Shown here one piece after another: positions 63,556 through 64,000 of a stretch of 64,000 nucleotides of DNA; position 1 is the stretch's first letter; each line of letters starts with the position of its first letter. The stretch comes from Anaeramoeba ignava BMAN (Eukaryota > Protista > Anaeramoebae). The notes beneath the pieces are model-generated. The model ran no database searches. It was not told the DNA's origin and saw only the letters and a list, made by a program, of their open reading frames with translations. Location: contig JAPDFW010000033.1 of assembly GCA_028826165.1 (NCBI GenBank), forward strand, positions 682,001-746,000, in the 5' to 3' direction. Made by a program: the position numbers and the translations under genes.

Positions 63556-64000
63556 ATGAATGATTGTTTATTTTTTGGTCACAATAAATATCCAATTCTT
63601 TTCAAAAATGAAAAAGATAAAATAATAAAACCAATTCAATTTAAATTTGAAAATGAAAATGAAAATGAAAATGAAAATGAAAAACAAATTAAACAAATTT
63701 CTTCAGATTATTCAACAATTTTCCTTTTTAAAAATGGAAAAGCAATAGAATATTTAAGAGATTCAAAACAAAATCCTGAAAAAATCCAAATTGAAGAAAA
63801 TATTCAAAAAGTAACTGTTGGCGGTGAAAATGAAGCTATTTTAACAATAGAAGGAAATGTATTTGCAAAAGGAGAATATATCAATCAAGAAAATCCAAAT
63901 GAATTTATCAATATTTCATCATTAATTGAAGATACAAATGATAGAATAATTCAAGATATTGTTTCTGGATTGTATTCAATTTACTTATTAACTTCAAATC
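63556..64000 (+). CDS. RCC1-repeat (+ probably BTB) protein, copy 5, truncated by the window end
   Basis: MNDCLFFGHNKYPILF...KPIQFKFENENE...KQIKQISS matches the N-terminus of the paralogs. Confidence 0.85.
   Translation, partial: MNDCLFFGHNKYPILFKNEKDKIIKPIQFKFENENENENENEKQIKQISSDYSTIFLFKNGKAIEYLRDSKQNPEKIQIEENIQKVTVGGENEAILTIEGNVFAKGEYINQENPNEFINISSLIEDTNDRIIQDIVSGLYSIYLLTSN

Noticed and set aside
1-64000. Inteins, self-splicing introns, rRNA/tRNA genes or a non-standard genetic code
   Set aside because: I saw no Hint or LAGLIDADG motifs and no structured RNA signatures. TAA and TGA end genes normally, and long ORFs are open under the standard code.

Overview
Very AT-rich, gene-dense eukaryotic (protist) DNA with spliceosomal GT-AG introns, many filled by short-period tandem repeats. 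The gene content (RCC1-BTB, ankyrin-BTB and BTB-TLDc expansions, NQ/NE homopeptides) resembles the anaerobic metamonad Anaeramoeba, but that is an inference. About 24 host genes are recognisable: ankyrin proteins, an AAAP/SLC38 transporter, a SMYD methyltransferase, a TTBK/CK1 kinase, a CENP-P-like protein, a TauE-like transporter, MTMR14, UBE2H, RER1, PRA1, VPS2, phosducin-like, G-alpha, a BRSK/AMPK-related kinase, an ANTH adaptor and at least 8 BTB proteins. The standout is a 3.8-kb DNA transposon (54584-58372) with GAGTGATT...AATCACTC termini and an ATAT duplication, inserted antisense in the minisatellite-filled third intron of the kinase gene. Removing two short phase-0 introns joins its three ORFs into one ~905-aa protein: PB1-like domain, C2H2 zinc finger, Sola-like DDD transposase, then a ubiquitin-specific protease (USP/C19) domain that keeps its catalytic motifs. 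All domain calls are by-eye motif recognition. Several frameshifts probably reflect sequencing or assembly errors.
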